From NCBI GenBank assembly GCA_044892525.1, contig CM097888.1, positions 81,840,001 through 81,904,000 on the forward strand: a stretch of 64,000 nt of DNA, in the 5' to 3' direction. The notes under the pieces are model-generated. The model saw only the letters and a list, made by a program, of their open reading frames with translations. It made no database searches and was not told the DNA's origin. The position numbers were made by a program, and so were the translations under genes. Below are positions 39,101-51,100 of the stretch, piece after piece. Each line of letters begins with the position of its first letter. Within the stretch, counting starts at the first letter, position 1. The stretch comes from Schmidtea polychroa (lineage: Eukaryota).

Positions 39101-42100
39101 AGGAAATTCCACCTTGGACTGGGCAACCATACAGCCAAACTTAGAAATGATCAGATTTATTTGCAAAAATGCGACAAAAGAAGAAGTTGAAAATATGTGC
39201 AAAAACACATCTCAGTTTCAATGGAATACGGTACGGAAAAATCTAGAAGCAATGAAATTATTATTAACCTGGAGAGTACCACAAAATAATAAATATGCGA
39301 TAAACGTAAACGAATTCTACGAAAACGGAGAAAATGCGATGGTAAAGGATACCCTAACTAAGGGGGGGACGCCTAAAATTATTTTAATAGTATTAAATAG
39401 AGAAGACCTAAAATTCACGCAAAATCAGAACGAGCAACAACGAATTGGGAAACATCGTCGTATGCAATTGAGAGAGTTAGTTAAAGAATGGAATAGAAAG
39501 AGACATGCTGCAACGGGTAGAAAAGAGTTTGAATTCGAAGCAAAATTAGCAAGAAACAGAGTGCTAACAGCATATCGCAGATTATTGAACGATATAAATG
39601 TCGAGGACGACATTTTAAATGACAGCGGGGGAGATAAATACGATGACAATGATGGAAAAGGCCGGAAAGAGGATAAAGGGAAAAGAGAACCGGAAGAGGA
39701 TAAACCGGAAAACAAGGATTTGGATACGAAAAGAGAGGGAAACAGGCCGGGAACCAAGACCAAAGAGGAGGAAAAATCGAATAATGGAAAACAGAGGGTA
39801 TGCCTACCTTTCACTAACAAAGAAATAGAGACAAATATGATATTAATGATAATTATGCTTACCATGATAGAGTTAGTAACAGCTCAGGGAGGGACGAGAA
39901 CGATAAAAGAAACCAAAGAAGCGGAGAATCAAGATAGCAAAGAGGATGAACTAAAGCAAGAAAAGAAAAAGCAAACACAAGAGCAGCAGTGGGATTTAAA
40001 GGAAGAATGGGACTTAAAGGAAAGGTGCATACTAGGAAGATGCATGTCTAGAGCGTATCAGAAACTAGTACTGATAAATGAGGACACAGAACCAATAACA
40101 GAAGTAAGAATACAAGAAGCATACCGAAATCGAGACGGGAAGAGAATAACGAACGTCAAAGGAAAAGAGGTACACCTAGGAAAAGGTGGTGAAGTAGTAA
40201 TAACGCAGCTCCAACCAAGAAAAGAGCACAAAGTCTGTATTTCAAGATTAGGACCGGGTGAGAGATGCCATCAATATGTGACGCAGCAGCAGCCCCCGAA
40301 GGAATATACGGTTTGTATCTGGAGGAACGAATCAAAAAGAGAATGCCGACGATACCCGGGGAAAAGAGGAAAGAAAAGGAAAAACCACGACGAAAAGGAC
40401 GAAGGAGGAAAGCACAAGAAAACCGGCGAGGAAGCTCAGGACAACTATGTTTCGGAGGAAGAGATGGAAAAAATACAAAAGATGGCAAAGGAGGGTATGA
40501 ACGAGGAAATAGCAAGAATACGGGAAATGATGAAAGGAAATGGCAAAAGAGGAAACGAGAAAGGTACAGGAGCAATATCAACATTAACAAACAAGGAAAA
40601 ACCAGAGAGTATAAGCGTGAAGCAGATGATGTGGATCAGTGGGATAATAATAACAGGGGCATTCCTAATCATAACGGGGGGAACAATAAAAATAATTAAG
40701 GATAAACGACATCGCGGAGAACTAGAAATGACTCGAATCAGAAATTTCCAACATCGAGTGAAACGACCAAGTGATATCAAACAAGAACAGTGGGTGGAGG
40801 CCTGGAACGCTCAGCGCCCCCCAAACTCACGTATATAGAAAGGAATATGACTGTATATAATTGTAAAAAGTAAGTATATCTTATGTATATAACAGTACTA
40901 TATCTTTATATAAGCGCGGTATCAATATTATACAATAACGGGAATCATAAAATAAAATTAAATTTACATAAGAGTTGAAAAGTGTATATAAATTAGGAAT
41001 GGATCAAGGAAATAACGAAATGAACCACAATACCGTAACTGAAGAATTATGGAAGCAACAATGTGCCGTATTAGCACAATTAGTGTCCAATTTGCAAGAA
41101 CAAGGACTAACGATGCACAGAAACCTGATCGAGAGTATGAACAGAGGATTTAGTTATTTGAAGATAATTGAAGACCAGAGGTTAAAAATCGAACAAATGC
41201 AAAGAGAGATAGAGAGGATAACCCAATATAGCCGTCGACAGGAAATTGAAATAGACAGAATGATGGAGGAAGCAGAACAGACAGAAATAGAAGACTGGTC
41301 GGAATGGCTAATGAATAGAGAGGAGAGCGGACACGAAGCCGACTCTTCCGAACCCTAAACTAAACCTAGCTTAAAATGTAAACAATTGTAAATAAAATAT
41401 CGAACCTGTATCGATAAGAACTATTTGTACATATAATTATAGAATGGATAAACGACAAAGAGAAGAGTTCAGAGAGATTGTCGAGCAAGTCCGAAAATCT
41501 ACAACGATCAGAATACACAAACATGTTATGTGCGGAATATGTGAAAAGTTGTTAAAGGAACCTCACCAAACGCAATGTGGATGCAGAGTATGTAAAGAAT
41601 GTATCAGTGAAGCAATAAAAAATAGACCACAGAGGTGCCCGGTGTGTAAAGAGACACTAATATCGAGTTTAGAAGACACTAACGAGGATAAAGCCGCAGT
41701 GAAAGACATGTTAAACACCAACCTGGGATGCAAAAATGCCCCATGCGAATGGAAAGGAGTAATATGGAAGGTAGTACAACATATGGGAGAATGTATGTAC
41801 AGAATTGGCCAGTGTGAAAGGTGCCATAAAACCATTCGAGCAAGCGAAGAAAAAGAGCATCAAAGGCAGTGTGAAGAGAGATTGGAAAGATGTGAACACT
41901 GTGGAGAAATAGATACGTGGAAAAATCTCACCCTCAAACATCACAATGTCCAAGAGGAGAGAGTATGTGCAGAGTTCAGTGGGGAATGCCCAAACGGATG
42001 TAACCAAGGGGAAATAATGAAGGTGGCACAGCATCTAAGGGAATGCGAAAAGAAAAGAATGACATGTGTACTAGGTAGATGGGGTTGTCAGAAACTACTA

Positions 42101-45100
42101 CACCGAGGTGAGTTACCACATCATTTAGTAGGAAATGCTTCAACTCACGCAGAAATGTGGTCGACTGCGTTACAAGAAAGCGAAGAGAAAGTAAAACAAA
42201 TGGAGATAGAGATAACATCGTTGAAAGTGTTAGTCAAAGAACTACTAGAAGAAAGGAAAGCGTTCGAGGAAGCCCGAGCAAACATAAAGATGCAAATAAA
42301 CCGAACAGAAATCAGTAATAATCAGGCCAAGGAGCTACATCAGAAAATACGAGAAATAAATCTAAATGAGATAACCCCAACAGCACCCTACATATGGAAA
42401 ATAACGGGAGTAAAAGAAAGAATACGAAAAGCAAAAACCGGAGAAGAGACAAGAATAACAAGTCCTACATTCCATTCTTGGAAAAATGGGTACAAAATGA
42501 AAATGAAGATATATCCCAACGGGGACGGAACCGGATTAGATACGCACTTTTCGATTTTCTTTCTGTTATGTAAAGGAGAATACGACGAAATATTAGAATG
42601 GCCGTTCCAGGCAAAAATCGATATTACGCTGATGAACAACCGAAGTATACATGAGCAAAGCTTCAAAACAACGGGGAATCAAATAGCTTACCAGAGGCCC
42701 CTCAACGAAGAAGGATCAGCAACAGGAGCACCTACGTTCATCTCACAACAAAGAGTAGAAGATATGGCGAGAAATGATACCATATATATCAAGATGACCG
42801 TGAGGAAAGAGGAGAAGGGTAGAACGGAGTAACCAATCGAATAATGTTGTATATAATAATCTGTATATATCGGTGTATATAACCAATAAAATATTATATA
42901 ATAATAGTATGAAAACCCTAAATACGAAAACCCAAAAATGATGCGAAAATTTCCCAAGAAACAGTAAATAATGAATAAATTCCTTTTTCATAATAAAAAG
43001 ATTAATCGATGTCTATGATTTAGAGATGACACAAGAGAAAATAACCGAAATTGCGATAGACCCAACCAATGTCAACAAGACACAAATTCCCCGAGAACAT
43101 AACAAAAAATGGAACAAAGTAATGTTCCAACTAACTAATCTCACCCGAAATCACATCGAAGAAACTAGAGAAGATGAGAATAGTCAATACCAATGGTTAA
43201 TACACAACTTAAGAGCGGAAGCAGAAGCATGCAAAAGAGCATCAAAATGGGCGTCACTAGAAAATACCCGCCAAGAAGCACACAGCCACTACTTAAAGCA
43301 GCTAGTGCAGGAAGCGAGAAAGAGACTTACCGATGAGAACACCAAGCGCGAAGCGGAAAAACGAATAGAAGACAGGAAAATGATGCACTTAGTGGCAGAA
43401 GCGAGAAAATGGAAAAGACAAAACAGAGAAATGAAAAAAGAGATGAAAGAATTGCCCATGAGACTCGGATATGAAAGCGAACAAGGTAAATGGGAAGAGA
43501 ATTTAATAATAAAGGAAGAATTGAAAAGGTTGAGAAAGGTCGCCGCCCGAAGCCAAACCTGGCAAACAAAGGCTATGGAATTTGAGCGACATTTGGCATT
43601 AAAATGCGACATAAGAGAGCACGAGAATGCCGCAATGGAAGAAATGATAACCCAACAAGCAGGACGGATTGTGGAATTGGTAAATCAGGTCGGAGAGATG
43701 AAAAGAGACCTTAATGGATTACAAGGATCGTTAGAACAAAGAAACATGGTCCTAGCGGGAAAAAACAGAAAATTAGAAAACGAGAGGAAAATGTATACCG
43801 AAAATATCAAAAACTTGGAAATAGAAATTGAAAAATGGAAGGGCGACGAGAAAATCAAGGCCCTAGACAAACAGATAGAGGCGAAAGATGAAGAGACAAG
43901 GTATCTCACCTATCTGCTCGACGAGGAATTGAATATCACTCGAGCTCTAAGAGACGAAGTTAGTGAATTGAGAGCTCAAATTCCCCAATATTACCTACCA
44001 TACGACCCTATTGCGATACAGTTACATTCCGCGGTCGATAGTGATGAAGGTTATGTAGGCCAGGAGGAAACCTTCGTATGAGGGTGGATGAAAAGATGAA
44101 AAACTAAAAACCGGGACGTATATCCCAAACAAAAAAAAAAAAAATTTAAAGTATTGTAAAAGTATTCAAGGGACTGTAACCCAAACTATTAAATTTTATA
44201 TCAATGTATACGTATAAGTCGCACTATAGCGCACCATTAACTGTACATATTATAGATATGAAAATCGAGGAAATGATAGAAATTATGAGCGACATAGAAG
44301 AGGGAGAGATTGAGGCAGAAACAACAGAAACACAAACGCTAAAGGCCGAGTTACGGGAAGAGAAATACGAAAACGGGAGATTAATAAACAAATACCTGGA
44401 GGACCGGAAAATGATAAAGGTGTTAAAGAAAGAGTGCGAAGCGTTGGGGGAAATAAAAAGAGAAACGGAAGAGGAAAATGAATGGCTACACGAACAAAGG
44501 AAGCGAGGGAAAAACTGGGAAAAGATAGCGGAAGAACTATGGAAAGAGAGGGCAAGCTTCAAAGCAAAGGAGGTAATCCAAGACTACTGGAAAACTGAGG
44601 CGAAGGAGCGCCAAACAGCTATAAATAAATTAAAACGACAACTAGAAGAAAACCAACGGGAAAGTAAAGAAATGAGGAAGTGGGTCCGCAAATATAGAGA
44701 AATAGAAAGAAAACATCAACAACAAAATTACCTGCAAGAAAACGAACAAGATCTCCTACAAATCGAGCTAAAAAGAAACCTTGAAAAGAAAAGGGAAGAA
44801 ATTAGACGCTTGGAAAAGGAAATTAGACATCTAAAGAGAGAAGCCCGTGAAAAAGACCGACAATTGGAAATGCTGCCCGAGTTAAGACACAGGGTAATTA
44901 ACGCAGAGTCCACCTTGATGAGAATCGGCGAAAATAATCCAAATCAGAACCATTAAATTAAGGGTCATTAAAACCAATTGTAAATAAACATAATGAATGT
45001 ATAATAGTATCATGCGAGGCGAGATGATGATAACAATGATGGTATTGATGATTCTGATGGAGAGCAAACAGATAGACGCCCAACCGAAAATCGTACGAGA

Positions 45101-48100
45101 TTACCGAAATCAAAATCAAGAACCTAAACAAGAATCCAGTCAATGCACATACCCGATGACCGTAAAAACCCATATCATCCAAACCATTCAATCAACCCGA
45201 TCACACATCAACAACATCCAAACAATGTGTAAAAAGAATCCCATTTGTAAAATGATAAACAAACAAATCCTCGAACAAATTCAACAATTCGACCAGTTGG
45301 AACAACAAATGCAACAAGAGAATTTTGGAAATCTGGTAGAAAAGCCAAAAATACCTCCCGAAATCAATGACACCCATTATCTCATATATGTGGTGATCGC
45401 AGAGACCCTCCTCCTATGTCTACCAATATTCATGAAGATTTACGAAATTCGAAATAGATGTAGAGTCTCGACATCAATAAGAGTAACCTCGAACCAAAAT
45501 CCTCAAGAAGTGCCCCTGACAAATCTTAACCCAACCCCATTCCGACCTCGAACCCCGAGTAATCAACCAATCCAGCCGAAATCTAATAGTCAGACCTATC
45601 TCAACATCAATACCCAAACCAACCAACAGCCGCCAGCAGAAGCATCAATGGTTAACAGTTCATAGACTCTAATTCAAACATTTGTGTTATTATATGTGGA
45701 AACTTTTATTGTACGTACAAACTATCACCTTAAGTGATACTTGCTTGGTCTTGCTTTGACCTTGATCTTACAATAAAATTTTTATCATTGTTGTATAATT
45801 TTCGTGTTCGTGTTATATTTTTTTTTGAATGAATGAATTAAGTTAATTATGCAATTGCGGGACGCAATTTTGATGGGTCCCCGAGTGATTTGTTGGGCTG
45901 AGTCGAAAATTTAATCGTTGAAAAATAAGAAAGTAGGGAAGTAGAACATTAAGAAAAATAATAATAAAATAAATAAAATCAGAAATAAAATAGAATAAGA
46001 TATAAGGAAAATAATAATTAAGACATAAGAATTAAAACAAAAAATAAAATTAAGAAAAGATTAAAATAGAACAAGTTGACAAATAAATAAAGAGGAATTC
46101 AAGAAATAAAAAGGAAATTAAGGAAATAAATAGAAAAACATATTAAAAATAAAGAAAATAAGGAAAAAACAACCTAAAAACAAGAAAATTATATTAAATT
46201 AATAGAAATAAGCGGTACTCAACTCTGATTGGTCCGCACAAATAAGAATTTGATATATATACAACTACCAAAAACATTAAATTTACTATTAACCCCGAGC
46301 ATTTCATAGGTAAGAAAAATGTTTACTGGTTTTACTATTAACCCCGAGCATTTCATAGACATCTACAACTCACGGAGACTTAATTCAAGGATCAGCAATA
46401 CTAGTAGAGCAACAGTTAATTCGGAAAACTTCACAGCAATTCGAAATCAGTCACAGCAATCGACATTCGACGAACCATCATCAGACTAATTTGGAACGAC
46501 TAACGTTAATTTTCCGATTCAGCCTAATTCCATAGTAAGGGATTTTTATTTATGATATTGTTTTTCGAAGTTAATAGTAAATATGTATATTTGATGAGCA
46601 ATTAAACTTTTAAATTTAAACAGACTCTCTTTTCATTTGATCCCGAATAACGATTTTGATAAAGTAAATAGTTTAAATGTTTAAAAGTATTTATTGGTAA
46701 CAGGTGAACTCTTACATAATTTTTATGGATATTTATTTTGAAGTGATAGTTTTATGATTTCTAATATTAACGAGAAACGTGGCGTTGAGATACTCCATGT
46801 CATGGTGTGAGGTGCCTTCGGGAGCTCAGCCGGTGGACATGGAGTATTTCAATCACGCAGCTAGATTGGGCCGAAATGTGAAGGCTTCTTCACGGGTCCA
46901 ATTGCTGAAGGACTTAAAATCTGTCAGAGTACCGAAATATAGACCGAAAGGAAACCTTCTGAAATTTTCGAAAATAGGATATGTGCTTCACAGCGACTGA
47001 GGGAGTTCTCATATTAACTCTGTATTGTCCAGAGTCGTCTTACAAGACATTCATGCCACTTCTGTCTATAAACCCGAACTTACCATGTGGGGGAAAATAC
47101 CATTAAACATCCATCGCTGGTCTTCTAACATATCGAGAAGTCGAAATTGCATTCGGTAGATTTTTGAAAAAGTAAATCTAATTTAGGTCATCTCTTTCAG
47201 ATGCGACATCCAAATCTTAGCATATGATGAGGAATTTACAATAAAGGAAAAGTAAAACATAAAACCACAATAATACTGTATTCAATCACATATATTAACA
47301 AAATCTGGTAATACCATTGAATAATTTTCATGCTGTTGCGTCGAAATATCCACTACTGAAATATGCTTCATAGAGTCTAGTTGGCTGGTTCGTAGAGATC
47401 TTCCATCGTTCAAAAACATCCAATATTGAGGAAATTACTAGTCGTAGTAAATAAATCCAACATCATAAGCTCAGATGGGAATCGACACGCGATGTAACAT
47501 TTGTAGTTCGCTCAGTAAGGTTGATAGTTACAGATAAAATTTCCATCGAATAGGCACCCATACATACAGACATACTGCTAACATAACTATGAGTAGCGTC
47601 ATCCGGTCAGAAATATGCATGAGAAACAGCAGAATCATTCCGAATGCCTCTCACCGCAGGGAATGCCGCCATGTGTCACCCTCTCTAGGATTCTTAGTGT
47701 GTGAGTAGTAATCAGTGGTCATATTAGATAATGCTGACATGAGATGTGACTTCCAGATGACTGACTCTTAAATTTCACTACTGATAAAGGTCATTCGTAC
47801 CACTAAAAAGATAAGCCAAAATAACCAGTAACCGACTACTAGGATAAGAGACTCTCTAAAGTGCACTCATTAAAGATAATTTTGCTTAAATTAAATATTC
47901 TAAATAAAAATCGAAATTGTTGAAGGGGTATTTTAATTAATAACCGAAAATTCAAACCAAACTTTATAACTCAACCATAGGAAGTTTTACCTAAGTGTTG
48001 TAGAGGTTTATCGTAATTCTAATTAGATGTTACAAATAATAGTAGTAGCCTTCGAGCCAAACTTAAATTAACTAAAGCATCTACAGGAATTTTTGGGTTA

Positions 48101-51100
48101 TAAAATAGCTAGTAATATTGTATTTAAATTTCTCATATTCCATGTAGATTACGTATTGTAATAGAAAACTAAATCCGATAACAAATTATTATGTAATTAC
48201 AATATTTTTACGATGCTATATTTCTACGACGATATCACCGTATGGTATGGATAAGGGGTAATCATAAAATAGTGACGCATAGTTTATACGAAATTACGAG
48301 TTGTTACTTATTCCGCTACTTGAGGTAAGGGTGCAAGTTTTTACTAGTTGCATTTGGTCCAAAAACCTTATTTTGCATTAGAATAACAACAAATAATCAG
48401 CGAAATTTAAACGAAGTGTAGTATAGTGTATTTGCAATGAAATAGGTTTATTCACTCCGGCATGAACAAATCCGTAAATTGCCTTTATGTGCGATAGATA
48501 GAAATCCAACTCGAACGCGATAGACGAAAATTTAAATTTTTACAAATAATTTGCATTCGTCAGGGAAGCAATCAGGGCGTTGAGGAATAATTTTGTAAAG
48601 GATACGTAAAATATTAGTAATCAAGGGTGAAGGGAGGGATCCTGTTTCATCGACTCGTCTTGTTTTCTTCCAGCACTAAGTATCCAATAGCGAATAAACC
48701 GTATATCTGATCCGAAATTTTTAGATATAGTCATCATAGTTTTCTTCTTTAGCCATCCATTATGTTATCAAACAACAACTCAGCTCTACGTCCCTGCTTC
48801 TCCTGCTCAGATAAAAATGCAGTGATTAAAGATCTTCAAGCCCAGATCGGTCGATATAAACGACAAATCGACGAGCTGGAAGGGACATGGTTTAGTCCCG
48901 CTCGGATGAAGGAGATCCAAAAGAAGCTCGATCGTAGCGAGCATTGCCGGGACGCGCTAATATCTGAGAGCCGTGCCCAAAGAAGTCTAATCAGAGAACA
49001 ATCCGAGGCACTGCATAAGGTTTACGTGCAGGCGGCTACAACCCGAAAAATTGTGCAGATTCCCATCCGAGAGGCCGATGACATCTTTCCGCCTCATCAC
49101 AACCTTTCCTCGAATCCATCTCCACCGTTCAAGAGACCGTGCCGAGACTGCGTCGAAACCGAATTGTCTCCCCAGCGACCAGATGTTGTCATCACGGGTA
49201 CCAGTAAGCCCCCCACTGCTAGTCCATCCGTATCAGTCACCCTTCCGCAAGTGGCATCTTCAAGCAAACCCAAGCGAAAACAACTTTCTCGTGCAGAGCG
49301 CAAGAAGAGACAGCGCGAGCGCGCTACTACAAAGCCAAACATCCCATCAATAGAGGACTCAACTAACGATGGCAACTCTCACGTGTCCCTCGACCTAACA
49401 ACGGGACCCTCGGCACGAATCATATCAGCCGCTGGTGTAACGTGGGAAGAGAACGCTTCCGAGTTCTTTAACCTCGACGAATTATTCGCCGACGCTGAAT
49501 GGGAGAAACAATAAAACCCCAGTGGCGGTCAGGATGAGGAACAAGGATCCGATCTATGTTGATTATGGTGTTTTCTCTTCTTTCGACAAACATTAGTAAA
49601 GTGTACAGTTGAATCCTTATGTTATAACGTTGAAATTAATAAATCTTGTTGTCTTACACGTTTTCGTTCATGAATAATTATACTTTAATTAAGTGGGTGG
49701 GGTAGAGAACCCGCAAGATCTAGTGAGAAATTCCCAATTTGCATTCAGCGAATCCCGATAAGCGGTTGTGTAAGGAAATGGACGTAAGCCCTTCTATCGG
49801 CAGTCGTGAATGGGAAGTCGAGGCCTCAGCAAGGAGTAGTTTTAAGGCAGAAGCTCACCTGCTTGCTGGCGTCTCGCCTGCATAGTGCAGTACCAACGTG
49901 AAGTGATTCACGGGCACTATGTTGGAAGAAAGTTATGTGGGGTTTCACTCCAGGTTGACAAATCGGTGGCACCTTTTATTCGAGATGGACAATCAACCCT
50001 TAGACCCGTCAACATGGTAGAGTGGTCAGCCGAGGTGTAACCCCAACAATAATAATAAAGAATAGCAAGATTTCTGCCGTTTTAATAAGTGGGTACAAAT
50101 ATTCAAAAAATTCTGTAATTTACTTAAAGTTAAAACGCTGTTTTTTAGCCATGGAAAACTATGTTTTTGAGGAAAAATCAGCTGATGAAAATTCCGTATG
50201 GTTCTATTTTCTTCGTGAGAAAAGGGACAAATATCAAAATGTAAGAAGTGTAACAAAGTAATAAAGACGCAAGGAGGTAGTACAAGTGGTTTGCATACCC
50301 ACCTAAAGACACTCCACCAAATTAATTTAAAAAAAAGGAATGCTCCGAGCTCCAACCTTCTGATTGAAATTGAGCCAGAACTATCAACTTCTAAAGTGAA
50401 CAAAGTTTCTAGCGGGAAAATAACAACATTTTTCGTTTCGGAAACGGACAATTCTTTGTCTGCAGTTTTAGCTCGTATGACGGCATGTGACGGTTTGTCG
50501 TTTAACATATTTTGCACTTCCGTGGATATCAGAAAAGGTTTAACTGCCAGAGGGTATGAAAATATACCAAAATCTATAAACTCTATAAAACATTTAGTTG
50601 TGCAGTACAGTGAAAAAATTGGTGCAAATATGATTAAAGAGTTAGAATCTCAAATTCTTTCGGGACAACGATTTAGTCTTACATTTGATGAATGGACATC
50701 GGTAAAAAACCGACGTTATTTAAATATAAATGTTCATGCTGGCATCAAGAAATTCTGGAACCTAGGATTAGTTCGCGTGCAAGGATCATTGCCTGCAGAA
50801 AAGTGTGTTGCCCTCGTTGAAGAAAGGCTTAAATTATTCCAAGTTTCTTTAAATAAACACATTGTGTGCATTACAACCGATGGTGCATCTGTCATGACCA
50901 AAGTTGGAAAGTTGATTTGTGCAAGAAAACAACTTTGCTTAGTTCACGGAATTCAATTGGCTGTCATTAAGGTTTTATATATAAATATGATACACTAAAA
51001 TTTAGAAAATGAACATTCTAATTGTAACGAAGATGATAACCAGTATACAAGTGATGAAAATGATAGTGATCTTGATGATAATAGTTTATCCATACTTCAA

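Larger units (their letters stand above)
19896..50048 (+). mobile_element. Giant (30,153 bp) env-bearing Ty3/Gypsy (Metaviridae-like) LTR retroelement, Burro-like in size
   Basis: Two 4,158-bp direct repeats (offset 25,995) with TGTTGGG...CCCAACA termini; 4-bp TSD ATAA (19892-19895, 50049-50052); PBS; gag zinc knuckles; domain order PR-RT-RH-IN. Confidence 0.98.

Noticed and set aside
27461-45191. Many minus-strand and alternate-frame ORFs overlapping the element's genes
   Set aside because: Shadows of a strongly A/purine-biased coding strand (F/L/S-rich translations, no motifs).
50022-50517. ORFs crossing the 3' LTR/hAT junction
   Set aside because: Chimeric by-products of the insertion and of the frameshifted transposase 5' end.
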